Of a stretch of DNA of 64,000 nucleotides, positions 39,040 to 46,264 are shown piece by piece (position 1 is the first letter of the stretch; each line of letters begins with the position of its first letter). Under the pieces are notes generated by a model. That model worked only from the letters and a program-made list of their open reading frames with translations. It was not told the DNA's origin and ran no database searches. The position numbers were made by a program, and so were the translations under genes. Source of the DNA: a virus. The DNA lies in IMG/VR virus record IMGVR_UViG_3300047321_000445, positions 1-64,000 of that record; one strand, 5' to 3'.

Positions 39040-39615
39040 ATGCCCACCTTCACCTTCCCCAGCGGCGCGACCGTCGAGGCGCCCGACGGACTGCCCCTGT
39101 GTGAGCGGCCCGAGACCGTCACGGAGGACGTCGGCCGTTCCATCCTGGTCGGCCTGACCCGCAGCGACCGACCGGTCTTCTCCACCTTCTCCTGTGCCGC
39201 TTACGCCGCCCTCGGTCGCCTGTTCACCATGCGGGGGGACGTTGCCTACGACCGCCGTCGGGCCGAGCGGCTGGAGGCCCGCGGCCGGACCTGGCAGGCG
39301 GGGAACGTGCGCCGCCATGCCGACGAGCGGGAGGCGCGCAACGAACGGCTCCTGGCGCGCATGGTGGCCGACCCGGCGCCGTGCACGTGCGTGATCCCTT
39401 ACGTGCCCGCTGTCGAGCTGGCTGAAGAGGTCGGGGTTCTCAAGGCTGACGTCCTGGAGAAGATCCGCGATCGTGCCGACCGGATGAGGGCGCTCGGGGG
39501 GCGGGACGTGGAGCAGCTCGTTTTCCGCCTGGGCCCCGACGGTGAGGTGCTGGTGGCGCCGATTACGGCTCTGTCGCTGCGGATGCACTTCGCCCAGCCT
39601 GCGCACCTGCGCTGA
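39040..39615 (+). CDS. hypothetical protein
   Basis: GAGGA RBS. Confidence 0.7.
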   Translation: MPTFTFPSGATVEAPDGLPLCERPETVTEDVGRSILVGLTRSDRPVFSTFSCAAYAALGRLFTMRGDVAYDRRRAERLEARGRTWQAGNVRRHADEREARNERLLARMVADPAPCTCVIPYVPAVELAEEVGVLKADVLEKIRDRADRMRALGGRDVEQLVFRLGPDGEVLVAPITALSLRMHFAQPAHLR

Positions 39616-39636
39616 CGCCTGACCCCGGACGCAATA

Positions 39637-39675
39637 CGGCCGTCTGCTGCTTCTCGACTAAGCGGCAGACGGCCG
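39637..39675 (+). repeat. CTCGACT-loop hairpin with an unrelated stem sequence
   Basis: cggccgtctgctgctt-CTCGACT-aagcggcagacggccg. Confidence 0.85.
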
Positions 39676-39717
39676 GCCCCCACCGTAGCAAGACTGAACC
39701 CCCGGAAGGAACCGTTC

Positions 39718-40362
39718 ATGAGCACGACTACGCCCGCCAGACCGGACGTGCCCGCTCTCGCCCACGAGACCGCGCGCATCCTCGGCACTGACTGGCACGC
39801 CCAGCCGGACACGGACTGGGTCAGCGCCTGGGCGCTGCACCACCGGGACGGGCGCCGCGTCCGCCTGTACGGCCCGGAGTACGGCAACGAGGGCCGGCTG
39901 TACATGGAGGGACTGCTGCCGAACGCGCCCGAGGACGAGCGGCCGGACCGGACCGGCCTGGACTCCGGGAACATCTCCGTCGCTGCGTCCTCCCCGGCCC
40001 GCCGTGTGGCCGGGGAGATCACCCGGCGCCTGCTGCCCAAGCTGACCCCGGCGTGCGAGGAGTACCGCCGTCGGCTGGAGGAGCTGCGTACGGCGGAGCG
40101 AGCCCGCGTGGCGGCTGCCCGCAGCCTGGCGGAACTGCCGGGCCTGTCGGAGCCGCGCCGGAACTACCACGACCGGAGGGTGACGGCGTATCACCTGGCC
40201 TGGGACGGGCCGAGGCGCGGCGAGTGGCACGGGGCGAAGCCGTCCGCGCGGATCGACGTGGACGCAGACCGGGAGACGGCTGAGCCGCACGTGTGCATGG
40301 AGCTGCGGGGGCTGTCGCCCGAGCAGGCCGAGCGGGTGCTGCGGGCGCTCATCGAGCCGTAG
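39718..40362 (+). CDS. hypothetical protein
   Basis: GAAGGA RBS. Confidence 0.75.
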   Translation: MSTTTPARPDVPALAHETARILGTDWHAQPDTDWVSAWALHHRDGRRVRLYGPEYGNEGRLYMEGLLPNAPEDERPDRTGLDSGNISVAASSPARRVAGEITRRLLPKLTPACEEYRRRLEELRTAERARVAAARSLAELPGLSEPRRNYHDRRVTAYHLAWDGPRRGEWHGAKPSARIDVDADRETAEPHVCMELRGLSPEQAERVLRALIEP

Positions 40363-40422
40363 GTCTGAGCGTCGTGGGTGTGCCCCGGCCGGGTTGGTCG
40401 GGGCACACCCATATCTGCCTCA

Positions 40423-40474
40423 CGTCCCGACTTGCTTTCACGTCGGGACTCATGCATGCTTGGTCTTGCGAACG
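40423..40474 (+). promoter_or_regulatory. class-B promoter/operator, full inverted repeat
   Basis: GTCCCGAC-ttgctttcac-GTCGGGAC; TTGCTT-N17-CATGCT. Confidence 0.75.
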
Positions 40475-40501
40475 ACACCAGCGACCAGGGATCGGAGATC
40501 C

Positions 40502-41206
40502 ATGCCTCACGCACGCGCTCAGCTCATCGGCGGCCGCGACCGCCAGTGCGACGCCACCGCCGTCTACACGAAGCACAACAAGGTCCGCGCCTACGTCCTC
40601 CTGGACGGCATCGGCGACACCACCGACGTCCACCTCTGGACCCTGCTCACCGCCCGCCGCCTGGCCTACCAGGCGGCAAACGACGCCGACGCCGAGGCCG
40701 GACTGCGCACAGTCCACGCCCGGATCGCCGAGGAGCGCGCCCCGCTCGGCTTGGCCGCAGACTTCGAGCCGTCCGCGGTTGCCGTCGTCGCGGTCGCCAT
40801 CCCCGGCGAGCTGCTCCAGGTCGCATGGTGCGGCGACGCCCGCGCCTACGTCCTGCCCGAAGGCGGCGAGTTGCGGCGGCTGACGACCGACCACAACAAG
40901 CGCCAGTGGCTGATCGACCAGGACCTCCCGTTCGGCCCGTACGACCGTAACCAGGTCCTCTCGTACCTCGGCGACACCGCCGAGGACGCGTCGCAGCGGA
41001 TCGGGACGGCACTCGGTCCCGCCTCGGGCCGCCTGCTGCTGGCCTCGGACGGCGCGTACGAGCCCCTGGAGGACTCGTGCATGGACCTGTCGGCCTACCT
41101 CGTGGGAAGCCCGCGTAAGGCCGCCAGGGACTTCACGCAGGCCGCCATCGACCGCGGCTCGGCCCGCCCGGACAACGCCACGGCCCTGGTCGTCGACTTC
41201 GGCTGA
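40502..41206 (+). CDS. PP2C/PPM-family Ser/Thr phosphatase
   Basis: QCDA, LLDGIG, WCGDARAY, LTTDH, LLLASDG, DNAT. Confidence 0.85.
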   Translation: MPHARAQLIGGRDRQCDATAVYTKHNKVRAYVLLDGIGDTTDVHLWTLLTARRLAYQAANDADAEAGLRTVHARIAEERAPLGLAADFEPSAVAVVAVAIPGELLQVAWCGDARAYVLPEGGELRRLTTDHNKRQWLIDQDLPFGPYDRNQVLSYLGDTAEDASQRIGTALGPASGRLLLASDGAYEPLEDSCMDLSAYLVGSPRKAARDFTQAAIDRGSARPDNATALVVDFG

Positions 41207-41220
41207 TCCCCGCTCACCGT

Positions 41221-41251
41221 CCGCCCCGGCTACTCGACTTGGCCGGGGCGG
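41221..41251 (+). repeat. CTCGACT-loop hairpin
   Basis: ccgccccggcta-CTCGACT-tggccggggcgg. Confidence 0.85.
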
Positions 41252-41289
41252 GCCGCCTCTTCCCACCACACCCACTTGAACGGAGAACC

Positions 41290-41859
41290 ATGGACGCTCA
41301 CGAGTCCCGCAACTTCCTGGCCGGCCTGGCCAAGAGACTCCCCGCCGAGGTCACCGTCGAAGACCGCGAAGGGCCGGTCACCCGCGAGGCACTGCTGCGG
41401 GTCATCCGTAACGACCTGCTGCCGGTCCTGGTCCGCAACCCGCTGCACCGCCACCCGCGCAGGCAGCTCCCCGCCCTCTACGGCCCGGTCGCGGCCGGCC
41501 TGCGTCAGGCCCTGGTCGCCTACAGCTCGGGCCGTGGAGAGGACTTCCTGCCCCGGCTGGAGCAGGCTCTCGAGGCCGCGGCGGCCGCCCGCAAGGCGGA
41601 CGACTACGACCCCGCCACGAAGTACGTGACCGCGACGTCCTGGGCAGTCTCGTGCACCCTGGGCGCGCACATCGACGGCGCGATCCTCAACGTCCACGAC
41701 CTGGACCACGAGGCGGTCAACGGCCACGGCGGCTGGGGCGTGGTCGTCTGGCACCCGGTCCACGACAAGCGGCAGTTCCCCAGCCAGGACGCAGCTCGCG
41801 CCTACGCCCTGCGGATGGGGCTGCTGCAGCGCTTCGTGCCGAGCCGCGTGCTGGTCTGA
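41290..41859 (+). CDS. hypothetical protein
   Basis: GGAG RBS. Confidence 0.7.
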   Translation: MDAHESRNFLAGLAKRLPAEVTVEDREGPVTREALLRVIRNDLLPVLVRNPLHRHPRRQLPALYGPVAAGLRQALVAYSSGRGEDFLPRLEQALEAAAAARKADDYDPATKYVTATSWAVSCTLGAHIDGAILNVHDLDHEAVNGHGGWGVVVWHPVHDKRQFPSQDAARAYALRMGLLQRFVPSRVLV

Positions 41860-41868
41860 CGGTCCCTC

Positions 41869-41905
41869 GCTGCGCCCCGGTCACTCGACTTGACCGGGGC
41901 GCAGC
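41869..41905 (+). repeat. CTCGACT-loop hairpin
   Basis: gctgcgccccggtca-CTCGACT-tgaccggggcgcagc. Confidence 0.85.
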
Positions 41906-41951
41906 CGTGTTCGGGGACGGGCAGGCAGCACTCTCCATCTTTCTTGGGGAA

Positions 41952-42002
41952 CCGACTTGCTTTCACGTCGGGACACGTGCATACTAGGTCTTGCGAACGG
42001 GG
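41952..42002 (+). promoter_or_regulatory. class-B promoter/operator
   Basis: TTGCTT-tcacGTCGGGACacgtg-CATACT. Confidence 0.75.
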
Positions 42003-42041
42003 AACGGAAAGTCCGGCCCCACCAACACCGAGGAGCACACC

Positions 42042-42719
42042 ATGGCTAAGACCCCCGCCTACACGATCACCACCACCGACGACACCAAGGTGGACGAGCG
42101 GACCGAGGGCAAGGCGGCCGACAAGCTGGCCCAGAAGCTCACCGCCGAGACCGGCCTGGTCCACCGGGTCTACACCCCGACCGGCAAGCTCCGCCTGGAG
42201 ACCGAGGTCGTCGAGCCGGCCCCGGCCGATGAGGTCCCCTCGGTCGACATCAGCGAGGTCCCCGAGGCCGCGCCGGTCGAGGCCGAGGCCGAGGCGGAGG
42301 TCGAGGAGGTCGTGGAGGCCGAGGTCGAGGCCGAGGAGGTCGAGGAGGCCCCCGAGACGGCCCCGGTCGAGGTCCGCGAGATGAACATCGTGGTGCCCAG
42401 GGACTTCGTCTCCTACGCGACGCTGATGGACCTGCTCAAGAACGACGACGACGCGGTCCGCGAGGACGCCGCGTCCGAGTGGGCCTTCCGCCTGGAGGTC
42501 TACAAGCGGCGCACGAACGCCAAGGACGCCTCGAAGCGGATCGTCGGCCCGGCCATGGCGGCGGCGCTGGAGCGCGGCGAGACCACCGACGGGCGGACCA
42601 TCGCCTCCCTGGCCAAGCGGGGCCTGGTGGAGCGCGGGGAGGGTCTGGCCTTCACGGTGAACGAGGCCGGGCGCGCGGCCCTGGCCGCTGCGGTCGCCGC
42701 GGTGACCGACACCGAGTGA
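42042..42719 (+). CDS. hypothetical protein (paralog of 28429..29034) with acidic linker
   Basis: MAKTPAYTITT...; EAEVEE repeats. Confidence 0.85.
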   Translation: MAKTPAYTITTTDDTKVDERTEGKAADKLAQKLTAETGLVHRVYTPTGKLRLETEVVEPAPADEVPSVDISEVPEAAPVEAEAEAEVEEVVEAEVEAEEVEEAPETAPVEVREMNIVVPRDFVSYATLMDLLKNDDDAVREDAASEWAFRLEVYKRRTNAKDASKRIVGPAMAAALERGETTDGRTIASLAKRGLVERGEGLAFTVNEAGRAALAAAVAAVTDTE

Positions 42720-42730
42720 TCGTCCCTGAG

Positions 42731-42767
42731 GTTGCGCCCCGGCCACTCGACTTGGCCGGGGCGCGAC
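42731..42767 (+). repeat. CTCGACT-loop hairpin
   Basis: gttgcgccccggcca-CTCGACT-tggccggggcgcgac. Confidence 0.85.
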
Positions 42768-42778
42768 TGCTTCCCTGG

Positions 42779-42822
42779 CCGACTTGCTTTCACGTCGGGA
42801 CGTGTGTACTCTAAGTCTTGTG
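42779..42822 (+). promoter_or_regulatory. class-B promoter/operator
   Basis: TTGCTT-tcacGTCGGGACgtgtg-TACTCT. Confidence 0.75.
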
Positions 42823-42864
42823 AGGGACCGGAACGACCGGCCCACCAACCACCAGGAGGACGCC

Positions 42865-43242
42865 ATGACCGCCACCGCCACCGAGACCCTGGCCCCCGGC
42901 ACCGTCGTGCGCGCCCCCCTCTACCGCAACGGCCAGCCCGTCGGCCGACCCCGCCGCGGCATCGTCCTGCGCACCTTCGCCAGCGACGGCAACCCCAAGT
43001 CCGGCTACCTCGTGTGGTTCTACACGCTCGGGGCGGCCCACAAGGACGGCCAGGGCGACACCAGCACGGTCGGCCTGGTCTTCCCGCGCGAGGCCGAGCG
43101 CGTCGGCACCGTCGCCGACATGGGCGACCGGGTGCTGGCCAACGCCGGTAAGGGCCTGCGCGACTGGCCCACCGGCCGCCAGGCCTGGAACGAGATCTAC
43201 CGCGTCTACGTCGCCCGGAAGCGCGCGGCCGCGCAGGCCTGA
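42865..43242 (+). CDS. hypothetical protein
   Basis: AGGAGG RBS. Confidence 0.75.
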   Translation: MTATATETLAPGTVVRAPLYRNGQPVGRPRRGIVLRTFASDGNPKSGYLVWFYTLGAAHKDGQGDTSTVGLVFPREAERVGTVADMGDRVLANAGKGLRDWPTGRQAWNEIYRVYVARKRAAAQA

Positions 43243-43253
43243 CGGCCCCCCTC

Positions 43254-43290
43254 GCCGGGCCCCGGCCACTCGACTTGGCCGGGGCCCGGC
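43254..43290 (+). repeat. CTCGACT-loop hairpin
   Basis: gccgggccccggcca-CTCGACT-tggccggggcccggc. Confidence 0.85.
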
Positions 43291-43324
43291 ACCCCACCAC
43301 CCTCCGGAAGGAACTGAACCGACC

Positions 43325-43846
43325 ATGAACGTCACCGTCTCGCTCCCGTGCGAGTCCACCGCCGAGGCGAACCTGATCCGCAACGCCGTCAACCGCTACC
43401 GGCACGTCCTCAAGGACCAGGGCGTCGACCCGCGCGACTTCGCCCCGCCCAGCGACGAGGGCGCCGGGTTCGGCTGGGACGCCGTGCAGCGCACCGCAGG
43501 CGACATGAGCGCGGGGAGCGTGACCCACATGTCCCCGCGCATGGCGCGCGCCATCCACCTCGCGTTGCAGGACAAGGCGGCCTGGACCCGCGACCCGGAC
43601 GCGCAGCGCATCGCGGCCGTCCTGATGTCCCGGATCAACCGCCTGATCATCCCGCCGAAGGACGGATGGGTCTGCCCCTACATGCCGTTCGGCCACGCCT
43701 GGACGGGCGACACCGTGTGCCGGTTGTGCGGCGAGACCCGCACCGTCTCCGAGGTCATCACGTCGCTGCTCGCCGGACTGCCCGGCTTCAGCGAGGAGCG
43801 TGCAGCCGCCCTGGTGGCCCGGCACGTCGCCGAGGCCACGGCCTGA
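43325..43846 (+). CDS. hypothetical protein
   Basis: GAAGGA RBS. Confidence 0.7.
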   Translation: MNVTVSLPCESTAEANLIRNAVNRYRHVLKDQGVDPRDFAPPSDEGAGFGWDAVQRTAGDMSAGSVTHMSPRMARAIHLALQDKAAWTRDPDAQRIAAVLMSRINRLIIPPKDGWVCPYMPFGHAWTGDTVCRLCGETRTVSEVITSLLAGLPGFSEERAAALVARHVAEATA

Positions 43847-43867
43847 CGCGCCCCGTCGGGGCATGAG

Positions 43868-43911
43868 GAAGCCCGCTGCACCGGCCGGGAGTGGCCTGTG
43901 CAGCGGGCTTC
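43868..43911. terminator. bidirectional terminator between convergent genes
   Basis: gaagcccgctgca...tgcagcgggcttc. Confidence 0.65.
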
Positions 43912-43924
43912 TTCGTGTCTCCAG

Positions 43925-44674
43925 TCAGGCGCCGGGAGCCGCCTCGAACGTGTACTCGTAGCCGACGACCATGCGGCGGGGCAGGCACCATTCCCCGTAC
44001 TCGATGACCCCCTGCCCGTCCCACAGCCGGTGCGCGCCGGCCAGGATGGGCGCCCCGATCGGCAGGGCGAGGAAATTCGCTTCACGGGCGTCGGCGTCCC
44101 GGCCGTGGACGTCGTCGCGGCCGTTGGTGATGCGGCGTCCGGTGGCCTGCTGGATCCTCAGCAGCAGTCCGGGCGACGTGTGCGGGGACGTCGACAGCAG
44201 CTCGGGAACGCTCCCGGCGAGGTGCGCCGGGTACCAGGTGACGAAGAGCCCGGTTCGCTGCTTGCCCTTGCCGGTGTGCCACTGACGGCGCACCACCTGG
44301 TCGCCCTCGCCGAGGTCGAGGAGCTCGGCCACGTACTGCGGGGGTTTGACCATCTCGGCCGCTGTGACGATCATCGTCTCGCCCTCGGCGAGGACGCTGC
44401 CGGTGCGCAGGACGCGGGTGATCCGCTCGTAGGAGCTGGGGACGACCTCGGGTGCGTTCGCAACGAACGTGCCGCGGCGGCTGGTGGTGATGTAGCCCTC
44501 CACCTGGAGCTGGTCGATTGCCCGCCCGAGGGTGGCGATCGAGACGCCGTGCGACTCGGCCAGCTCTCGCTGTCCGGGCAGCTTGGCGCCCTCCTGATAA
44601 CCGTCCTCGCCGTCGAGGATGCTGCGTCGGATGTCGGCCGCTACGCGCATGTACGGGTGTTCGGTCTCGGGCAT
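43925..44674 (-). CDS. GntR/HutC (UTRA) repressor, KorSA/TraR-like
   Basis: PYMRVAADIRRSI...KLPGQRELAESHGVS..T...A...L..EGYI...RGTFV plus UTRA-like C-terminus. Confidence 0.9.
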   Translation of the reverse strand: MPETEHPYMRVAADIRRSILDGEDGYQEGAKLPGQRELAESHGVSIATLGRAIDQLQVEGYITTSRRGTFVANAPEVVPSSYERITRVLRTGSVLAEGETMIVTAAEMVKPPQYVAELLDLGEGDQVVRRQWHTGKGKQRTGLFVTWYPAHLAGSVPELLSTSPHTSPGLLLRIQQATGRRITNGRDDVHGRDADAREANFLALPIGAPILAGAHRLWDGQGVIEYGEWCLPRRMVVGYEYTFEAAPGA

Positions 44675-44688
44675 GGTCCTTCTCCTGT

Positions 44689-44800
44689 ATGTCCTAGGGC
44701 ACTGACGAGCGTACTAGGACACGCGTAATCCTGGGAGGGGGGAATGCGGGTGCACCCTGGTGAAGTGTCCTAGGTCACGCTATGGTCTGTCCTAGGACAC
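44689..44800. promoter_or_regulatory. four GTGTCCTAGGACAC-type operator sites
   Basis: copies at 44689, 44709, 44765, 44787 between GntR and the rSAM operon. Confidence 0.8.
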
Positions 44801-44858
44801 ACCGCGTAAGCGCCCGACGACTCGACTGCGCCGGGACGCGCTGCTTCAGGAGCGTCAA

Positions 44859-45227
44859 ATGACGAAGACCGTAGACACAGCGAGTGAGACCGCGCCCGTA
44901 GACGTCGCCACGATGCGCGAGGCCATCAGCCGGCTGCTCTTGGCTGAGGCTGAACTGCCCGCCAGCGAGGAGCTGGCGACACTGACCGTACAGCTGCGCG
45001 GGCACATGCAGCTGCTCATCCCGGAAGTCGAGGCAGCCGCCGCGAAGCTGCACAGGGACGACGTGGCCCGGTACTGCGCGCTCGCCTGCCTCGGCACGGC
45101 CCGCAACCGGCTCCAGGAGCGGCCGAACCCGAACCCCGGTGGAGACGTCGCGTACGCCCGGCGTCTGGCCCGCGCGCTCAACGCCCTCGTGGACCACAGC
45201 GAGAACCTGACCGCCCCGAGCTGCTGA
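44859..45227 (+). CDS. DUF6415-like protein
   Basis: PVDVATMR...L...L...LRGHMQLLIPEVE...LARALNAL.DH.E pattern. Confidence 0.6.
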   Translation: MTKTVDTASETAPVDVATMREAISRLLLAEAELPASEELATLTVQLRGHMQLLIPEVEAAAAKLHRDDVARYCALACLGTARNRLQERPNPNPGGDVAYARRLARALNALVDHSENLTAPSC

Positions 45228-45329
45228 CACCCACAGACCCCCGCCCTCGGGCCCCAGTCCATGGACAGGTCGAGCCCGGGGGCGGGTCGCACCATCGGAA
45301 GTCACCTGACACCCGAGGAGAAACACGCC

Positions 45330-46253
45330 ATGACGATCGCTCCCGAGGTTCCCGTCCGGCAGACAGTGCCGGAGTTCCTGGAGCTTGAGATCACCGGCCG
45401 CTGTCAGCTCAGCTGCGGCCACTGCTACGCGGAGTCGGGGCCGACCAACGGCCACGGCACCATGACCGGCGACGACTGGCGGCGGGTCATCACCGAGGCC
45501 GCCGCCCTCGGCACGAAGATCGTGCAGTTCATCGGTGGTGAGCCCACACTGTCGCCCGAATTCGCCGGGCTCGTCTGGCACGCCCTGGAAGCCGGCCTGC
45601 GGGTGCAGGTGTACAGCAACCTGTACCGGGTGCGCGCCGAGCACTGGGACCTGTTCGCGCACCCGCGCGTGAGCCTGGGGACGTCGTACTACTCCGACGT
45701 CCCGGACGAGCACGACGCGATCACCGGCCGGAAGGGCTCTCACGAGTCGACCAGGGCGAACATCGTGGAGGCCATGCGCCGGAACATCCCGGTGAAGGTC
45801 GGCATCGTCCACATGCGTGACGGGCAGCGCTCCGAGGAAGCCCGCGCCGAGATGGCCGCGCTCGGTGTGGCCCGGGTGCACATCGACCGGGTCCGTGCCG
45901 TCGGCAACGCCTCGACGGCGAAGACGCTGATCCCGTCCACGTCGGAGCTGTGCGGGCGGTGCGCGGACGGGAAGGCGGCAATCCTCCCTGACGGGAAGGT
46001 CGCCCCGTGTGTGCTGGGCCGGTTCCTGCCCGCCGGGGACGTCAAGTCTGGTTCCCTGGAGCAGGTGTTCACCGGGCAGCTGTGGGCGCAGGTCGCGGCG
46101 AGCATCCCGCGACAGCAGCGGACCGCCGGGTGCCTGCCGGACGAGGACTCGTGCCAGCCCGCGCCGCGGAACACCGCCCAGGGCTGCAACCCTGACAGCG
46201 ACGGTTCGGACTGCTCGCCGGCCGAGACCCCGGCCTGCGACCCCTCGTACTAG
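45330..46253 (+). CDS. radical SAM/SPASM-like protein with C-terminal CxP repeat tail
   Basis: CQLSCGHC, FIGGEPT, CGRC...ILPDGKVAPC; tail CLPDEDSCQP...CNPDSDGSDCSP...CDPSY. Confidence 0.9.
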   Translation: MTIAPEVPVRQTVPEFLELEITGRCQLSCGHCYAESGPTNGHGTMTGDDWRRVITEAAALGTKIVQFIGGEPTLSPEFAGLVWHALEAGLRVQVYSNLYRVRAEHWDLFAHPRVSLGTSYYSDVPDEHDAITGRKGSHESTRANIVEAMRRNIPVKVGIVHMRDGQRSEEARAEMAALGVARVHIDRVRAVGNASTAKTLIPSTSELCGRCADGKAAILPDGKVAPCVLGRFLPAGDVKSGSLEQVFTGQLWAQVAASIPRQQRTAGCLPDEDSCQPAPRNTAQGCNPDSDGSDCSPAETPACDPSY

Positions 46254-46264
46254 GAGACGCCCGG

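Larger units (their letters stand above)
28385..43913. other. divergent cassette-like array of small genes with repeated promoter/operator and CTCGACT hairpins
   Basis: ~14 promoter copies, ~18 hairpins, ~25 genes; direction switches at ~31280. Confidence 0.85.

Noticed and set aside
42280-42350. GAGG(C/T)C tandem repeats
   Set aside because: In-frame Glu/Ala/Val linker of the protein rather than an independent DNA element.
28385-43290. Hairpin array as a CRISPR array
   Set aside because: The intervals are 300-1500-bp genes, the repeats vary in stem sequence and no cas genes are visible.
906-43290. Classical integron (IntI plus attC)
   Set aside because: The hairpins are short and lack RYYYAAC/GTTRRRY ends, many cassettes have their own promoters, and the recombinase is ~26 kb from the array with its own dif-like site.
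44811-44836. Possible extra CTCGACT hairpin upstream of the DUF6415-like gene
   Set aside because: The stem is short and mismatched, so it was not counted; the loop-degenerate hairpin at 37959-37989 was also excluded.
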